Source: Klebsormidium nitens
Taxonomy: Eukaryota > Plantae > Klebsormidiophyceae
Assembly (NCBI GenBank): GCA_000708835.1
Contig: DF236964.1
Coordinates: 62,001-126,000, forward strand
Direction of reading: 5' to 3'
Length of the DNA: 64,000 nt
The position numbers and the translations under genes are program-made. Below, piece by piece: positions 25,933 to 39,800 of the stretch. Numbering within the stretch: the first letter of the stretch is position 1; each line of letters begins with the position of its first letter. The notes beneath the pieces were generated by a model that saw nothing but the letters and a program-made list of their open reading frames with translations, did not search any database and was not told the DNA's origin.

Positions 25933-28900
25933 ATGGCGGCAGGCGGCAGAGGCCTGCAAGAGCCATTTTGCAGGGCGCTGGATCTGCCATCCCGCCTCTG
26001 TCACTCTTCTACCATCAGCTTCTCACAGATGCAGTGCTTCAAGCAGTCTCTGTGTTTCATTAGACAGGCACCAGCGTTCAAAGTTTTTGCAGGTCGCTCT
26101 CACTACGGCCGATTTCCCACATCTCCTCTCTGTTTGCCCGACCCAGCACCGCCCTGGCTCGCGGAAGCGAGGAAAGCCGTGGCGCGTCAACCGTTACCGC
26201 TCAGTGAGCAGCTAAGTCGACTGGGCGGTTATGCTTCTCTCCAAAGCAAGCAGTCAGATGCAAGTGGTGGAAAGGCTGGTCTTGAAGATAAGGGACTCGA
26301 TCAAACCCCTTACAGACAGTATGCTGAAGACAGCAAGCAGCATTCAACCCTGTGGGCAATCACTGCGCGGAACGATGACTTTGACGGCGCCTTCGAAGTG
26401 GAGGCACGAGCGCAGGGCTATCAGGAGCTGAGACCAAACGTGTTTGCGGTGGGGGGGTCCGATGCAGGTGTGGTGCAGCAGGGGGTATGGAGGAGGATGG
26501 TTGGGCTAAGGCTCATTGTAAGTTGTCTTCTCCGCAGTGTTCCTTGACTCGACCATTGCTGCAAAATTAGGGTTCTGAGGGCTGCTGGCAGTTTACCTGT
26601 TACAAAGTGCTGTACCATGTGCAGGGGAGTAGCTTCTTTGAGCATTGTTACGCGTCTCACCATGTGCTGGGTTCACAGACGCTCCAGGTCATTGTCCTGG
26701 GCTTAGATTAGGGTTTGAATGAAAATCTAAAATAGGCTTTCCAATCCAAAAGAAATCCACCCACTGTTCTCGTACTGCCAAGCAAGTAGGGACGAATGCT
26801 GCCCATTCGCACAGAATGTGGTGGGTCCTGCTCTGCAGCAGACTCTTGCTTGGTGCATTGTCGTCTATGAACATGTAATTGAAAGATCCTGTTGGCCAGA
26901 TGGGTGACGGGCTCTTCAATGCTGCCAGCTGTACAAAATGGTTGTTCAACATTGCTGCGACTCCCAGCTGCAATTCGCTCACCGAAGTGGCCTGAAAGCT
27001 GGGTCCGGAGGAAAGGAGAGAAGCCCAAAACTGTTTTGTAAAGTATCAAAGTATCAAACGTCAAAGAACAGCTCGGCGGGCACCTGTAGATGGAGCCTCT
27101 GGTGGTGGCGGCTACACCAGCAGAACTCGTCTCACGCACGATGGACTTGTCGCTCGACCTGGTTCAGACAGAGTTCAGCATCTCGCACGAGCGCTTGGAA
27201 CGGAACGAGGGCGCCAAAGAGCTGAGCCAAGTGGGTGAGCTTTAGGCCCCCCTGTCCCTACTCGGAGGACGATGCTTGATTGAAATTCATTTCACAGACT
27301 TGAGTTTCAATTGCAGCAGATGTTGAATGCGCGTATTGTCTCGTGGGGCATCTGGTCAATTGCCGCCACTTAATCCGCAGGTTTGAAATCAGGAACGAAA
27401 ACCTGAGGGCTAGAATCTAGAACAGAGAAAGACATATGAGGATTGAACAAAGATTCTATACATGTGCTCCAGGGCTGATTGTGCATCGGCCACTCGAATA
27501 GCAGCTCGCAGAATGGGGAGCCAGGTTTTACAGACTGCCTGAGTAGATATTCTTGTTACAGCTCTGCGGAGACACTTGGGCGCCGTGCTCGGCAACCCCA
27601 ACTGGGCGGCGTGCAAAGACGAGCCGGGGCTGACGCGGCCGCGGTATGTCGTGCTTGAAATGACAGAAGGGTGAGCGAGCCAACGTTGTTCCTCATGCGA
27701 GGTTCCCATATCTGCCTATGTGCAAGTAGCAAGCCTTTCGAGGGGACATAGGCCACCGGTGTGTTTATCGGAGGTCGAAGTTGGTGAGAGGTGATCACAG
27801 ATGATCGTGTTTTTTGCCTGGCGGTATCTTCTTTTTTCAGTATCAGTTCTTGGCAACGTTTCCCACTTGCAGACCTGTGTGCGATGAGCACATCGGCTCT
27901 GATGTTATGAAGACTGTGTTTTGGGGCTCTAGGGTCTGAAATCTGTATTTCGCGAAATTTTTGCCGTGATTCCCGGTCCAGGACCGCCAATGTTTTTTTG
28001 GTAACTTTGACAAAGTATTTCCCCCCCTCTTTTTTGGTGAGCGGGGGTCGGTCGTGAGTGGTTTGGCCAGCACAGAAAGGCCTACTTGTTGTGTATGGCA
28101 GGTTATCTGTTGCAGCCATAGGCGTAAACGTTTCAAGGATGTTCGCCCGTTTATCAATGTGTCGCATCTTTGTCTTGCGACACATCAGTTTCGCACTTCT
28201 GGAAAAGGAGGGACTCCGTTTGATAGGGCATCAAATTCTGAGCATAGATTTCAGCAGCGGGGACCGCCAGTCCGGTTTGGCTGAGCTCATCTCTTCTGCA
28301 CAACCACACAGTTGCTCAACGCATTTGATCCCTCTGTTCTTTATGTCACGTGCATGATTGTTCTCAGAGGGCAGGCTCGGCAGTCCATGTGTTTTCACCG
28401 GCGGCGGTTCTCGAGTCTGTTTTGTCGGAAAGCCCTTCGCGCCCTTGTAAACAGTCGAGATGATTGCTGACAATGGGCATTTTTTCCCGTGCTTTTCCTC
28501 AGGTACGTCCTTGGGTACGTGGTATTTGCTCCGCCCCTCCTCGGTCTGGACTACTCGTCTGCTCCTCAAACGTGGAGGTCAGCGCCGTTGCATCCATTAC
28601 TATCTCTGCATTTGCGTTATTGAAACTGAGTGTCGACTTTTGAAGTTTCGTTACATGGACTTTACCAGCTACTTGAGTATTGGAGCGGACTTGTGTTTGA
28701 TACTGATTGCGAAGTCTATTGCGATCCTTCTGTAAGGGCGCCCTTCGTTTAGAGCCTGATTGCCCATTCTAGCCGAACAGCTAAGATTGTGTGTTTCTGT
28801 TTCTCGACCCCTTGAAACTCCTTTCAGATGGTTCCTGATAGTCATTTTCGTATCGCGTCATTGGTCCAAACGAAGGAGAAGACGTTGAGGTAACATCAGG

Positions 28901-30981
28901 AATTGCAGTCTTTTCAGTTGAACTGTTCAAAGAACCTCAGAGCTGACGGATTGAACCGTCTGTATCCAAGTGGTCTACTGCCCGCTCTTTTTTTCTAGTC
29001 GTGTGTCGAGCTGTCTATATCAAAGTTTCATTTCTGCAGTCCTTAGAATCGCACTCTGCAGGGTTGCTTCCTCGTGTCACCAAATCAGAAGACCGGTTAA
29101 TCTGTCCTCGGATGTTGAATCCTCTTGATTCTTGAGTCTTAAGGTAACTGCTGCAGTATGCCTACCTTCTGCTGAACTCGATCGGACACGTGGCGTCTTT
29201 GCAGTGCGGCGCTCCCTCCTGAGCTGGCGGCTGTGGCGGTGAATCTCGTGGCGCGACCGGGGGACACGCTGATCGACCCGTGCTGCGGTTCGGGAACCAT
29301 CCCGTTCGAAGCTCACAGGTGAATTCCTAAAGTTGGCTCTTTCTGTCTGAGCGGGGTCAAGGAGAAGCAAATACTTGAAAATCGAGGCAGGGGGCCCAGT
29401 TGGATGCGATGACGTGGCGAAGTTTGGGGTTTTTCGCGTGCCTGCGAAACTCTGATTGGTTGAGCGACAAGACAAGCCAGGGTGTTGCCACAAATCCTTG
29501 CCACGTCAGCACTACCAACAGGGATTACGGCCCTTGGTCACAGAATTTCTATCGTGTCTTTCTCCTTTTCCCCGCTTCTGCGCCCAACAGCTCAATACCA
29601 TTTCTTGAAGCCCTTTGGGTTTGGCGGGGGCTCGCAAGGTGCTTTGGCGGGGCGACTCACTCCAAAGACGCTTCACTACTTTCTAACGTCGACGAAAAGC
29701 AACAAGCTCGACTCGACTCGGGCTGATGTGAATGCGCACCTCGTCCGTTCTGAATTACGGGATACGGAGTAGCCGATTCTCGCTCTTTCGCTTTGGCGGA
29801 GGCTGAGGCCAGAGGCGGATTATATGGAGGACTTCCGTGATCTGTTGGCGAGCCTGTTTCAGATGCTCGGGTGCACCGACACGCACCATCGTTTCTTTGA
29901 AGCTCTTTGCACTGGAAAGTTCAAAGTCCGGTTTGAGGGTAGTAAAGTCTTGAGTCTGGTCGGCGCACAACCTGGACCTTAACGTTTTTCATCTATTGCG
30001 GGAGTATTTCCCGGAGGGTTACCCGGCGGGCTCGAGGCCAAGTTGATCCAATTGTCGCGCTGGCAGCAGCGCCCACTTTCCGAAATCCTGACCGCGAACA
30101 TGTCTGGAAAAAGTTCCGACTGTCTGTCGCTTCTCACCGCTTCGCTATTTTCGAGCTTAGAACCCGAACAGACGTGCGATGGACTGCGCCGACCAGCACG
30201 CCAAACCACAGCACAACTTAGCCAACTTAGTGCAACTTAAAATCAACCGTTCTGACTTCTGCTTTGTTCCAGGCGTGGGGTCCACGCACGTGGCAGTGAC
30301 GTCAATCCTACGGTGCTGAAGATGGCAGCGGCCAACTTCCGGCACCTGGGGGTACCGTACCGTGCTTCTTGGGACGAGCGTCCGAGCAGCGGTGCGGACG
30401 CTTCTGGAAAGAAACGCCAAAGGCTGTCCGAATCGAAGAAGAGACTCGAAAATGGTGGATCGCCACATGGGTGTGTTTCGAGCAACGGGAATGGGCCGCA
30501 TGCTCGACTGGAAGAGGGGCCGCATGAGGAGAGATCTCATACTAGGAGTAACGTTCCGGACACTTCTGACCGAGAAGGGGACTTAAATAGAACGAATTTG
30601 AGCAGGGAACCAAATTTAGCGAGTAGACAGTGGGAGGAAAAGGAACGAACGCACGCTATTGAGTTGTCAATACGAGATGCCTTGCAACTAGACGCGACTG
30701 CAGACTGCCTCGTTGCGAATCTACCTTACAACAGGTTTCTTGAGGTTAGCGAGGGGGATATAGAAGAGCTGGTGCGGAGACTGAGGGACTGCGCCGAGCG
30801 TTTTGTGTTCTTTGCGGGAGCGCCTTTGCGAGCTAAGTTAGAAAAGGAGGGATACGAAGTGGTCACGGAGGTAGACATAGGGAGACGAGGTAAACGATAC
30901 ATGTCGTGGGCTCGCTCAAAACAATGCTCGTCCACAAACCTTGAAGGTGCCCAAAGAATGCAGAGTACAACGTATGTCTGA
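25933..30981 (+). CDS. SAM-dependent RNA methyltransferase, Trm11/UPF0020 family, with an N-terminal transit-peptide-like extension
   Basis: Exons 25933-26517, 27090-27234, 27562-27670, 28503-28577, 29205-29318, 30273-30981 join in frame. Motifs SAALPPELAAVAVNL, LIDPCCGSGTIPFEA (motif I), GSDVNP (motif II) and ANLPYN (amino-methyltransferase motif IV). Confidence 0.85.
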
Positions 30982-31784
30982 AAAAGACAGCAACGGCTGC
31001 CTGTACGTCGCGGGTTGTTCGCAACAGTTAAACGGTTTGCAAAGTCCTGATAATAAGGTTCTTGCACCGGACCGGGTATCGGGTGTGATCGAATCTATGC
31101 CCAATTCATAACATGTGAACCTGGCATGGTCACTACAGTTCGATCGGACCTAGACTCCGGCCCGGCCGCCAGGCTCGGCGAACCCGGCCACTTCGAACGG
31201 CTAGCTATACTGAGCAGGTGCATGGTCCGATCGAATTTGATGGCTTGCTTCCGGGTCTATTCATACATGATTACACACTGATATGGCCAGGCACGTACAG
31301 CACGTGAACGGAAGCAAGTTGCGGAGTCAATGATGTCAACCCACGGCTGCGCATTGGCCGCGCAATTGTTCATGTAGTGGTATTCACACAAAACAGGCCA
31401 GTAGCGCCGGGCTTCGCTACTAGCTAGTTTCTTTCGGTCGGACTCAGATCCTTCTTCGACTCGCTCTATCGACCTGAATTGAACTTAATGATCCATCATG
31501 ATCATGGCATGATCCACAGGCCTACAGATATTTATGGTCTTGCTATCATAGTATGGCCTGCAGAGGAATGCAGCAATGCACAGTAAATTAAATTTCACCA
31601 ATTCTTTGGACTGAGATGTCGGCTGAATATGCAAAAACCTCCGACGGCGAAACATCTGTTCGGAGCGGCATTAAGCGGAAGGGATGGGGCATCCCTTGAG
31701 GAATCAACAGCATTTCTAATTCCGATCAGGGACGCGTCTTCACTTTTCTAATGCAGACGGTCCGTCAACATGTTGGTGTGATTA

Positions 31785-34700
31785 TCATGCCACGCAACCG
31801 GCCAGAGTGCCGTCATACGTGTGCGGACACTTGGGTCCGCACAGGATCCCCAACAGCCACTCGAGGTTCTCTTTGACAATCTCAGCCCTACCCTCTTCCA
31901 GAGAATCCACTTTGTCCATGTCGATCCACACAGCGGCCCCCCCGCGACAATCTCCCAGGCGCACAACTACCCCGGTTGCCACATGCGCGATTTTCGTATG
32001 CCAGATCGAATCCGCAGGGTTTGGGGGGTTAACGATGTCGAGCAGGGGAAGTTCGTCGTTGGTGAGAGACTGGGACATCATGGAGATGCTTGCAAGTCTG
32101 CCCCTGATCTCAGCATCCGGCACGTGGCTGAAAATCGCGATCAGACGGTACAGCAGCATGCCCGAGGAGATTGCGGCGCACAAGGGGATTGGCTCAGTGT
32201 CCGTTTCCCGCGGCAGTTCCTGTTCAGAAAGGACGTGTGCGACTCGAGTTCGCTGACCCAGCTTGGAGGGATTGAATTTCATGAAAACAAAAAGTAATGA
32301 AGCAGCGGGTTTTAAGCCCTATATCAGCTCAGTTCCAACTCGAATTCGGACATGTCGTATATGTCTCGTAGACCAACCGTGCAGATTCTTCGCGTTAAAA
32401 CAAGCACCGCGGTCCTGGAAGTAACAGGACTCCGCAAGAGAGAAAAGTGGGCATCTACGCTTATCTTACCAGGCTAGTTGCACCGTTTGTGTGAGAATGA
32501 TCAGTCTCCTGAGCTTTGGCTCGCTGCTCTAAGTCAAGGATGCTTACACCGCCGCTATGAGAACACCAGGTAATGCTCAAAGCATCTTCAAAGCCTTTTC
32601 CAGATCTGCAGAGGAGACACTCAAGCTTGAATAGAATGAATCAAAACAAAAGCTTGTGAACACAACACTTCAACGGGAGATTTTGCAGAAGCTTTGAGCA
32701 AGGGCGTCTCGTTTCTGACAGCATTTTGTCTTGTGCGTTTCAACTCGTGCTTAATCGTGCTAAATAATGGTCAGTTTCATTGCTTGAAGCCCTGTCCGGA
32801 TGAGAGCTGCTTGTCACCTGTCCGCATTTCTCACTATGTCCCAATTTTCTCGAATGGAGGTAGCACGCTCGTAGTCTTCGTCCCGTAAGCGCTTGGTACA
32901 GATGAACGGCGGATCCACTGGATAACGATCAAACTGCAGAGCTCGAGCCAGAGAGTTTACTCCCTTCTGGCAAATCCGTGGCCAGTTGAGAAAGGCTACA
33001 TGACAAACAAAGACATCTTGAAAGAAGCCCTGATCAGTCGCAGGCGCCATCTCATGAAAAATCATTCTAAAGGACTGTGCAAAATTTCTTCGAGATCGAG
33101 AACAAGAACAACCCGTCTGCTCGGGATGAAGCTCTCTCAGGGTAACCGCTCACCGCTGACCGTCGCACCTTGTATCTGCTCAAGATGCGGGGATCGATGC
33201 TGCCGGCGACCACGCCACAGGGATGGAGGCACGCATCCGACAGCAGGAGCTCTACCAGCGCACATGCCTCGCTCTTAATGCAGTCTGTCCAGGGGCTAGC
33301 TTTCGGGATAAAGTTGACCTGTAGATGTGGATTGCCGAGGAAGTCGGAACCGTGAACAAAGGATGCGAGGTTGCATGCCAAGGTCGTTACAGGTTCTCTG
33401 ACGGGCTTGATTGTATTTTCGATCCAACGATCAGAGCCTGGATCGTACTTGGAAGGCAGAAGACGCTCTGATGTACGTGGTTCTAACAACTGGAAGTTCA
33501 GTGGACAAGATGATGGGAGAACATACGTTTCTGAACCCTTTTGAAAAGCTATGCGACATGATCGTGTCTCTCATCCGACGACCTCTTCTGGTAGAAGCTG
33601 CTTTTGCCGTTAAGGATACTGAAACCTCAAGCACTTTCAGGCGCAATAGATGGATGCAGCAGAATACTTACCGCAGCCCTGACCGCCGCCGTGTGCTCAT
33701 AGATCGCGAAGATAGCGCCGGTAGCTTTGTGGGTGAGACGGAAGCCCCACAAACGCTTGTAGAAGTCATAATGGATCGACTGCAATGAAGGAAAGAGGCA
33801 TTTCATGCGGTACATGACATGAGCGGCCGACACGACGTCGAAGATCGCCGCGCAACCGGGCAATCCGGAGACGTCTCTGCTCACTCCGGCAAGTCCCGAA
33901 TTCTTCCTGATAGAGCGAAAAGAGATCTTATGATAAATTTGACCACATATATGTATTTGATGAACGAAGGGTTGTAGTCAACAACTGACATTAAATCTAA
34001 GAATTGCATTTGGACCCGAATTGACCAAAACGTGCTCTACCTGACCAGCTTGATTCCAGATCAAATGTGAAAGGCTTTCGAAAGCAGATCTTCTTAAAAA
34101 TCCACTACTGCCGCTTTTCAGAGCTCCCCTAAAGTAACGTAGACAAGTGGCAGTCTTAATGATACATGAGGTCAAAATTATCCTCGTACTGTGTCTTCTC
34201 TTCCTCAAGCCTTGGCATCGGCTCAGTGCTCCACGCCTCGGGGATGATGCTAGCAATGCGCTCCTTCTCCTCTGAGAAGATACTGTCTGAGTCTTCCGTT
34301 GTTCTCTGTGCGGCGTCCAGACTGATAAGAAGACGACTATCACCGACAAAGCTCCACACCGGAACCTTTTCGGAGAAAACGTGTGGAAGGACCAGATAAT
34401 TCACTGCAAGAAAAGCTTGGTTTTGTCAGCTTTGTACCCATCAAGACATCGTACGAGTCTAGAGGATTGCGAGAATCTACTCCCCTTTGTTTTTGAAGCT
34501 TCTTTCTTCAATACTGGACGGAGTCGAGATGAGGACGTTGCAACGTCGTCTAGCAAACCCTGAGAACTGCTAATGGTATGTGGACATCTAATCAAGCACT
34601 ACCACCGGCAAGTCTAGGTTTCATATCATCCGGGCAGGTCCTACTGCAAAAATGCACATTGTGCGACTGGACCCTCGCTCTCCTTTAATTACTTCCTTGA

Positions 34701-35304
34701 TGACTTAAGAGCTAGGCTTAACAAGAGTAGAAACTCATAGGGTCTTTGAGCAATATCTTCCTGATCGATCAGAAATGTCCCGCAAGTCACAACGGATTTG
34801 CCGATGAAAATGGATGGCAAATTGTAATATCTTTTGCCATGAATCATTCCACGCCGTTCTTATGCTGCAAGCACGGGTTTGCAACTGTGAGAAGGGAGAC
34901 GAAGCTTGAGAACACTCACTTAAAATCAGGCCCTAAGCGAGAGACAAAACAAAACATATGGTTTGAAATTAGTCGAAGTGTCTGCACGAAGATCGTTAGG
35001 ACTCGTTATCAAAGCATTCACCAGAGTGGGCAAATGGATGGTGGTGCCTTGATGCGCAGCCTACAATAGGTTACGCACTGATGAAGGGGCCGTCACACGC
35101 CTCCTTGAATCGACTTTCAAACGAGATTCCCGCTTCTAGTCGCAGTCTGGCCCGTGCTTCCAGCACTTGCTGGTGCCTCTGAAGAATCTGTAGCTCCGTT
35201 TTCAATCTGTTCTCCAGAGCGGGGGTGGAAGGCGGATCTCCTGAGAGTAGGCCTTTCCTTTGCTCCAAGACCTTGTGAATCTGGCTACCTAGACTGGCTG
35301 CCAT
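31785..35304 (-). CDS. Uncharacterised protein, paralogue A (two copies of an unnamed domain; C-terminal CPHTYDGTLAGCVA)
   Basis: Exons 35079-35304, 34166-34403, 33672-33906, 33169-33318, 32818-32933, 32548-32605, 31785-32219. All are GT-AG with compatible phases, and each is homologous to the matching exon of paralogue B. Confidence 0.85.
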
Positions 35305-36888
35305 GTCGATGGGCCCAGCAATGCTACTTTTGATATCCTGAAGACCAAGTTCCTGGTGCTGACTCTGAAAAAGCTCTACCGCCCTCACCACCTTGACTGA
35401 TGTCCTTTAATTCCTTGACTTTATTCAGAATCTGATAGCTATTCATTCGCAAGGGGGCTTCTCGCATTATAAACTGTCTCAGAATGCCAGAAATTCAGCA
35501 AGGGTTTGTTCTCAAGCCGGGATTTTGCATCCAAAACTTTCTCAACTACAGACAGAGCTATTAGTTAAACGTCCAGCTGCTACTACAATTACCTAGTATG
35601 AGAAGGGACATGATAACATAGCAAGCCATAACTCTCCAGATCATCTGCCTCTTCAACACTCATGAAGCCTGATTGAAGCTGCCAAGGATCTCTACGAGTG
35701 TGTTCAGCAATGGACACGCGGCGCTGTATTTCTTTGCAATTACGTTTTAGTGTTGGGTGTACACGCTCACGGGCAAGGAGCAGAGCTTGCTGCGGCAGCA
35801 TGCGCTCAATCTTCAAGATGCCGTCAGAATGACGAAGAAATTGCGGTAAAATCTGCATCCTTTTCTGGCTCTCTAGCGGTGCGGCCTACCCGCCGCGCGC
35901 GGCGCGGCCGCCTACTTCGTCTCACGATTATTGAAGGGTTTTCCCGCCGGGTCATCATTATGGCCCTAACACCTACTGACGGCCGCGGCCGCCAAGGTGA
36001 CGGCCTGCGTACGGCCGCGCGGCCGCGCTCAGCCTCGTCCACACTCAGTGTGCCTGATTCGCCGGCTATGTTGCAATGTTGGATTCAAAGCTGGCATGTC
36101 TTCAAAACTTCGTTTAGGGTGCGTGTCTTCGTTGACCAAACTCGTAACTCCGTCCTTGCGAAATGGATGCAGCAGAAGCTGAGAGGCTCAGGCTGTTCGG
36201 TCTGCTCGCCGGGTCGGGCGGCAGGGCATCCTGGGGCCGTGTTCAGACTACATTGGGGTAATTGGCCGGTCTAAAGATGTCAACCGATGCCCATCGCCAT
36301 TATTTTTTACGTTGGTGTTAGGGATTCTTAAACACACACCTTGTTCAGGATCTGAACAGGCTCCCCAAAGACGCTGCAGGTTAAGTACATACTGCAGGAT
36401 TTGCCACCCGACATGCATTCCGCCAAAAGGCAGGACGTGAAAATCTCAAAACGAATTTCGGATAGAGAAAGGTGCGTATAACAGAACGGATTTTCGACGG
36501 CCATGCACTGCATCCGTTTCTTGACAATCAGTAACAAGTGGACCGTGGCCATCACGAGTCAAGCACTATCTGCTGTCGCATGTTGCGGTGTTGGTCACAA
36601 CGATGAGGTTGTATATATCGCTAAATTTCCTGACTTTGGTATCTAATCACGAATTCGAACTCAAAGCTTCCCCTTCAACCTACCAGCAACGAACGGTCAG
36701 CCCATCTGATAGCTAAGTACAACATAATACAATGGCTTGCACTTACTAAGGAAATCTAGAAAGTCTCTGCATCATTTGCGTCTATATCTACCGTACCTAC
36801 TACCCACTTCCTAACATCTTGAAAGGTGCATTGTTAGATTTTGCCCACTGTTTGGCCACCCTGATCGGGCATGTCCTATGCCCTCGAC

Positions 36889-39800
36889 TCATGCAATGCA
36901 CCCCGCAACTGTCCCATCGTAAGTGTGAGGACACTTCGGGCTACAGAGCAAGGCCACCAGGTTCTTCAGATGCTCGTTCGCGATCGCCAGATCCGTTACT
37001 TCTGCTGTATCTAAGCCACCGATCCACACCGCCGCAGCCCCACGGGAGTCTCCGATGCGCACAATCAGGCCGGAATCCCTGTCTTTGAGTTCGGTGTACC
37101 AGAGCGACTCCGCGGGATTTGGGGGCTTCACGAAGACTGGCAGGATGGGTCTGTTCCCATTCGGCTCGTAGCCGTAGATGGCAAGAAGGCGGTATAAGAG
37201 CAGTCCGGAGGAGATGGCTGCGCACAGGGGCACCATGTCGCCGTCCGTTCCCGAAAGACCCTGAGCGGAAAACAGTCACAGCGGATCACAGATTTGTCTC
37301 CAATCCAATTTTTCGCTTAGCGCATACCAGAGAGAGAGCGCCTTTGAATGGCTGTCGCACCTTACTGTACTCAAAACCGTTGGAAACAGCTTCCATTCGG
37401 TGCTTGCCCGTAGTCCGCTCTTGAGCTCATGATCACGTAACCTGCCAATCTCTTGTCTCTATCTCCTTAGCCAAGGACTGGAGCTCGTGCAAGCGCGCTT
37501 TTATGTCAGGAACGGCGGACAGAATCTCAAACTTTCTAGTAAAAGAAAGATCAAACCACTAAAAAGCTGGTGAAGGGTGTTAGAGGAACATCAAGAAGAG
37601 CACGGATTTGGATCATGTTTCTAGGAATTTTCGATAGAGGCTCCGCTCTTGCAAGGTTTACGCGACTTGCAGTTTGGCGGCACAATTTCACACACCTCGC
37701 TGTTCATTGGATCGCTCTGGTTGCTGATGCGTGTCAGCTGTTCTTCGAGCTCACGAATGCAGACCTTCTCGGACGTTAGGTCTACTGTGACGTCCAAGCA
37801 GTCTTTGAGACCTCTCTCGGATCTGCAATACGAGTTGTTCACCCCAGATATGAACATCAGATCGTGAGGAGCGCTATACGCCGTTTTTCTGAGGGATTTG
37901 ACTTAAAGAGCTGGAATCACCATAAAATATTCATGTGGGAGTCTTCACAGTGAGCAGCTCCTGAGCTTACCATGAGAGAACCGCAGAGAGTGATCCACAC
38001 AGCTTTGCGAGCCGCTAAGAGAGTTCAAGACATCTTTGCGTACCGCGGGCTTCCAAGACGCTCTACAGAGCCATTTCCTTGCAAACAATTTCTGTTCAAG
38101 TTTTGACAGTGAGAAATGAGTTAGGTTCATTAGGAAGCGTATTGAACCGACTAGGATTTCCAGTCTGATGTCTCAGCAGGCTAGTCGGATTGATTCCGAG
38201 AAGGTCCCTTTGAATCGTTATACCTGTCAGGGTCTGCGACCCGGATCCAAGGCTTGCGTACACGTTTCACGCGTTTGTAGTCCTTGTCTTCCACCCCATC
38301 TTTGGCATACTTCTGTGGATCCACGCGGTACTGCTTGAACTGCACTACAAAAGAATTATCAGTATTCATACATGGAAGTGACCTCTTTGTCGGTCAACGA
38401 CAACCTGGGAGAATGCGCAGAGCCACATCACTGTCAATCGAGGTTTTCACTGGAGAATCGCACTCAAACTTGAGCTGCCCCATGCAAAAAGCAGACAGCT
38501 TTTAGATGACCACTACGGCTTTCTGACGGACCCTTCATTTCCGGAGCAAGGTACAAACTGTTGATTACAGCAACGAAACTCTGCGGCCAGCCAGATATTT
38601 GCGTAGACGATTTCGAGTCTGTTCCAAATCCTAACGTACTTTCTCTTCTGGGTTCTTGAAGTGATCTAGATGACGCGGGTCGATGCTGCCGGCGACCACG
38701 CCGCAGGGATGAAGACAAGCGTCCGACATCAGTAGATCTACCAGCGCGCAGACTTCGCTCTTGAAGCACTCCTCCCAGGGGCTGCCGTGCGACCACTGGG
38801 CCTGCAGGAAAACCCCACATCAGAAAGATTAGTCTGGAACAGGAAGCCTGAGTGGTCGGATAAGCGAGTGGATCGTTGATTAAGTGCGCAGAGAATCGGA
38901 AGCTTTGAGCTTAATAAAAATGAGTTACCATATCCCAACTGGAAAAGTGGTGCTCTAAAGGGGTGCTCTCTGATTGTTATCGCGATCCATCAGAAGCAAG
39001 ACTCCACAACGATTGAAACCTCGTTCAACGTACACCTGCGCCCCTATTTCCTCAATCTAAACAATCAACATACGATCCGGTCGCCTCGCGGCGAGTAGAA
39101 CATCATGGGTTGCTCCGCTGAAGGCAGAACTTCACGTGATTGGGGATCTTCGTTGATCTTCGTTTCCAATAAAGTCAGAGACAGCTGATTATGCTAACTA
39201 TGTATCCTTAAAGCCACGCCCTTGGTGGACTAGGCGCAGCACAGAAAGGGAAAGCAGCCTTACCACAGCCCTCAGCGACGCCTTGTGCTCGGACAAGCGG
39301 AGAAGGAAGCCGCTCGGCTTGTGCTGGAGTATGACCTCCCAAATGCACTTGTAAAAGTCGGCATCTGAGGTGTCTACTTCCAAGCTTGGGAAGAGGCACA
39401 ACATGCGGTACATAGCGTGTGCGGCGGAGATAGAGTAGTTAATGTCGATTGTTAAGAAGTTCCGGGCTTGAGTAAAGCCCCCGCTGTAATGGTCCCGTTC
39501 GTGCACCACCTCTGCGAGACCCGTCTCCTTCCTGAAGGCCAGGAAATCTTAAGATCTGATGTCACTTCAAGGCTTTCTTTCTTGCAGGAAGTCGCGCTTG
39601 CAAATCAGTCAAGGGAGGTCAATGGTGACGTCTGTTATCCGTCTTCTATCCGTTATGCGCCCAAAATTTTGACCATTTGAGTACGCAAAATCAATAATTA
39701 TCCTAGAGGTGCGGATTGAAAGTCGTGAATCGGATGCAAAGAAACAGTCTGCATGGACTCGCGATCGGAGGGGTGGTGTTCGAAAGGCATTCTCATGCAC

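Noticed and set aside
35589-36274. Overlapping ORFs of 89-174 aa between the two paralogues
   Set aside because: No family motif and no similarity to the flanking paralogues; best explained by CG-rich promoter or UTR sequence.
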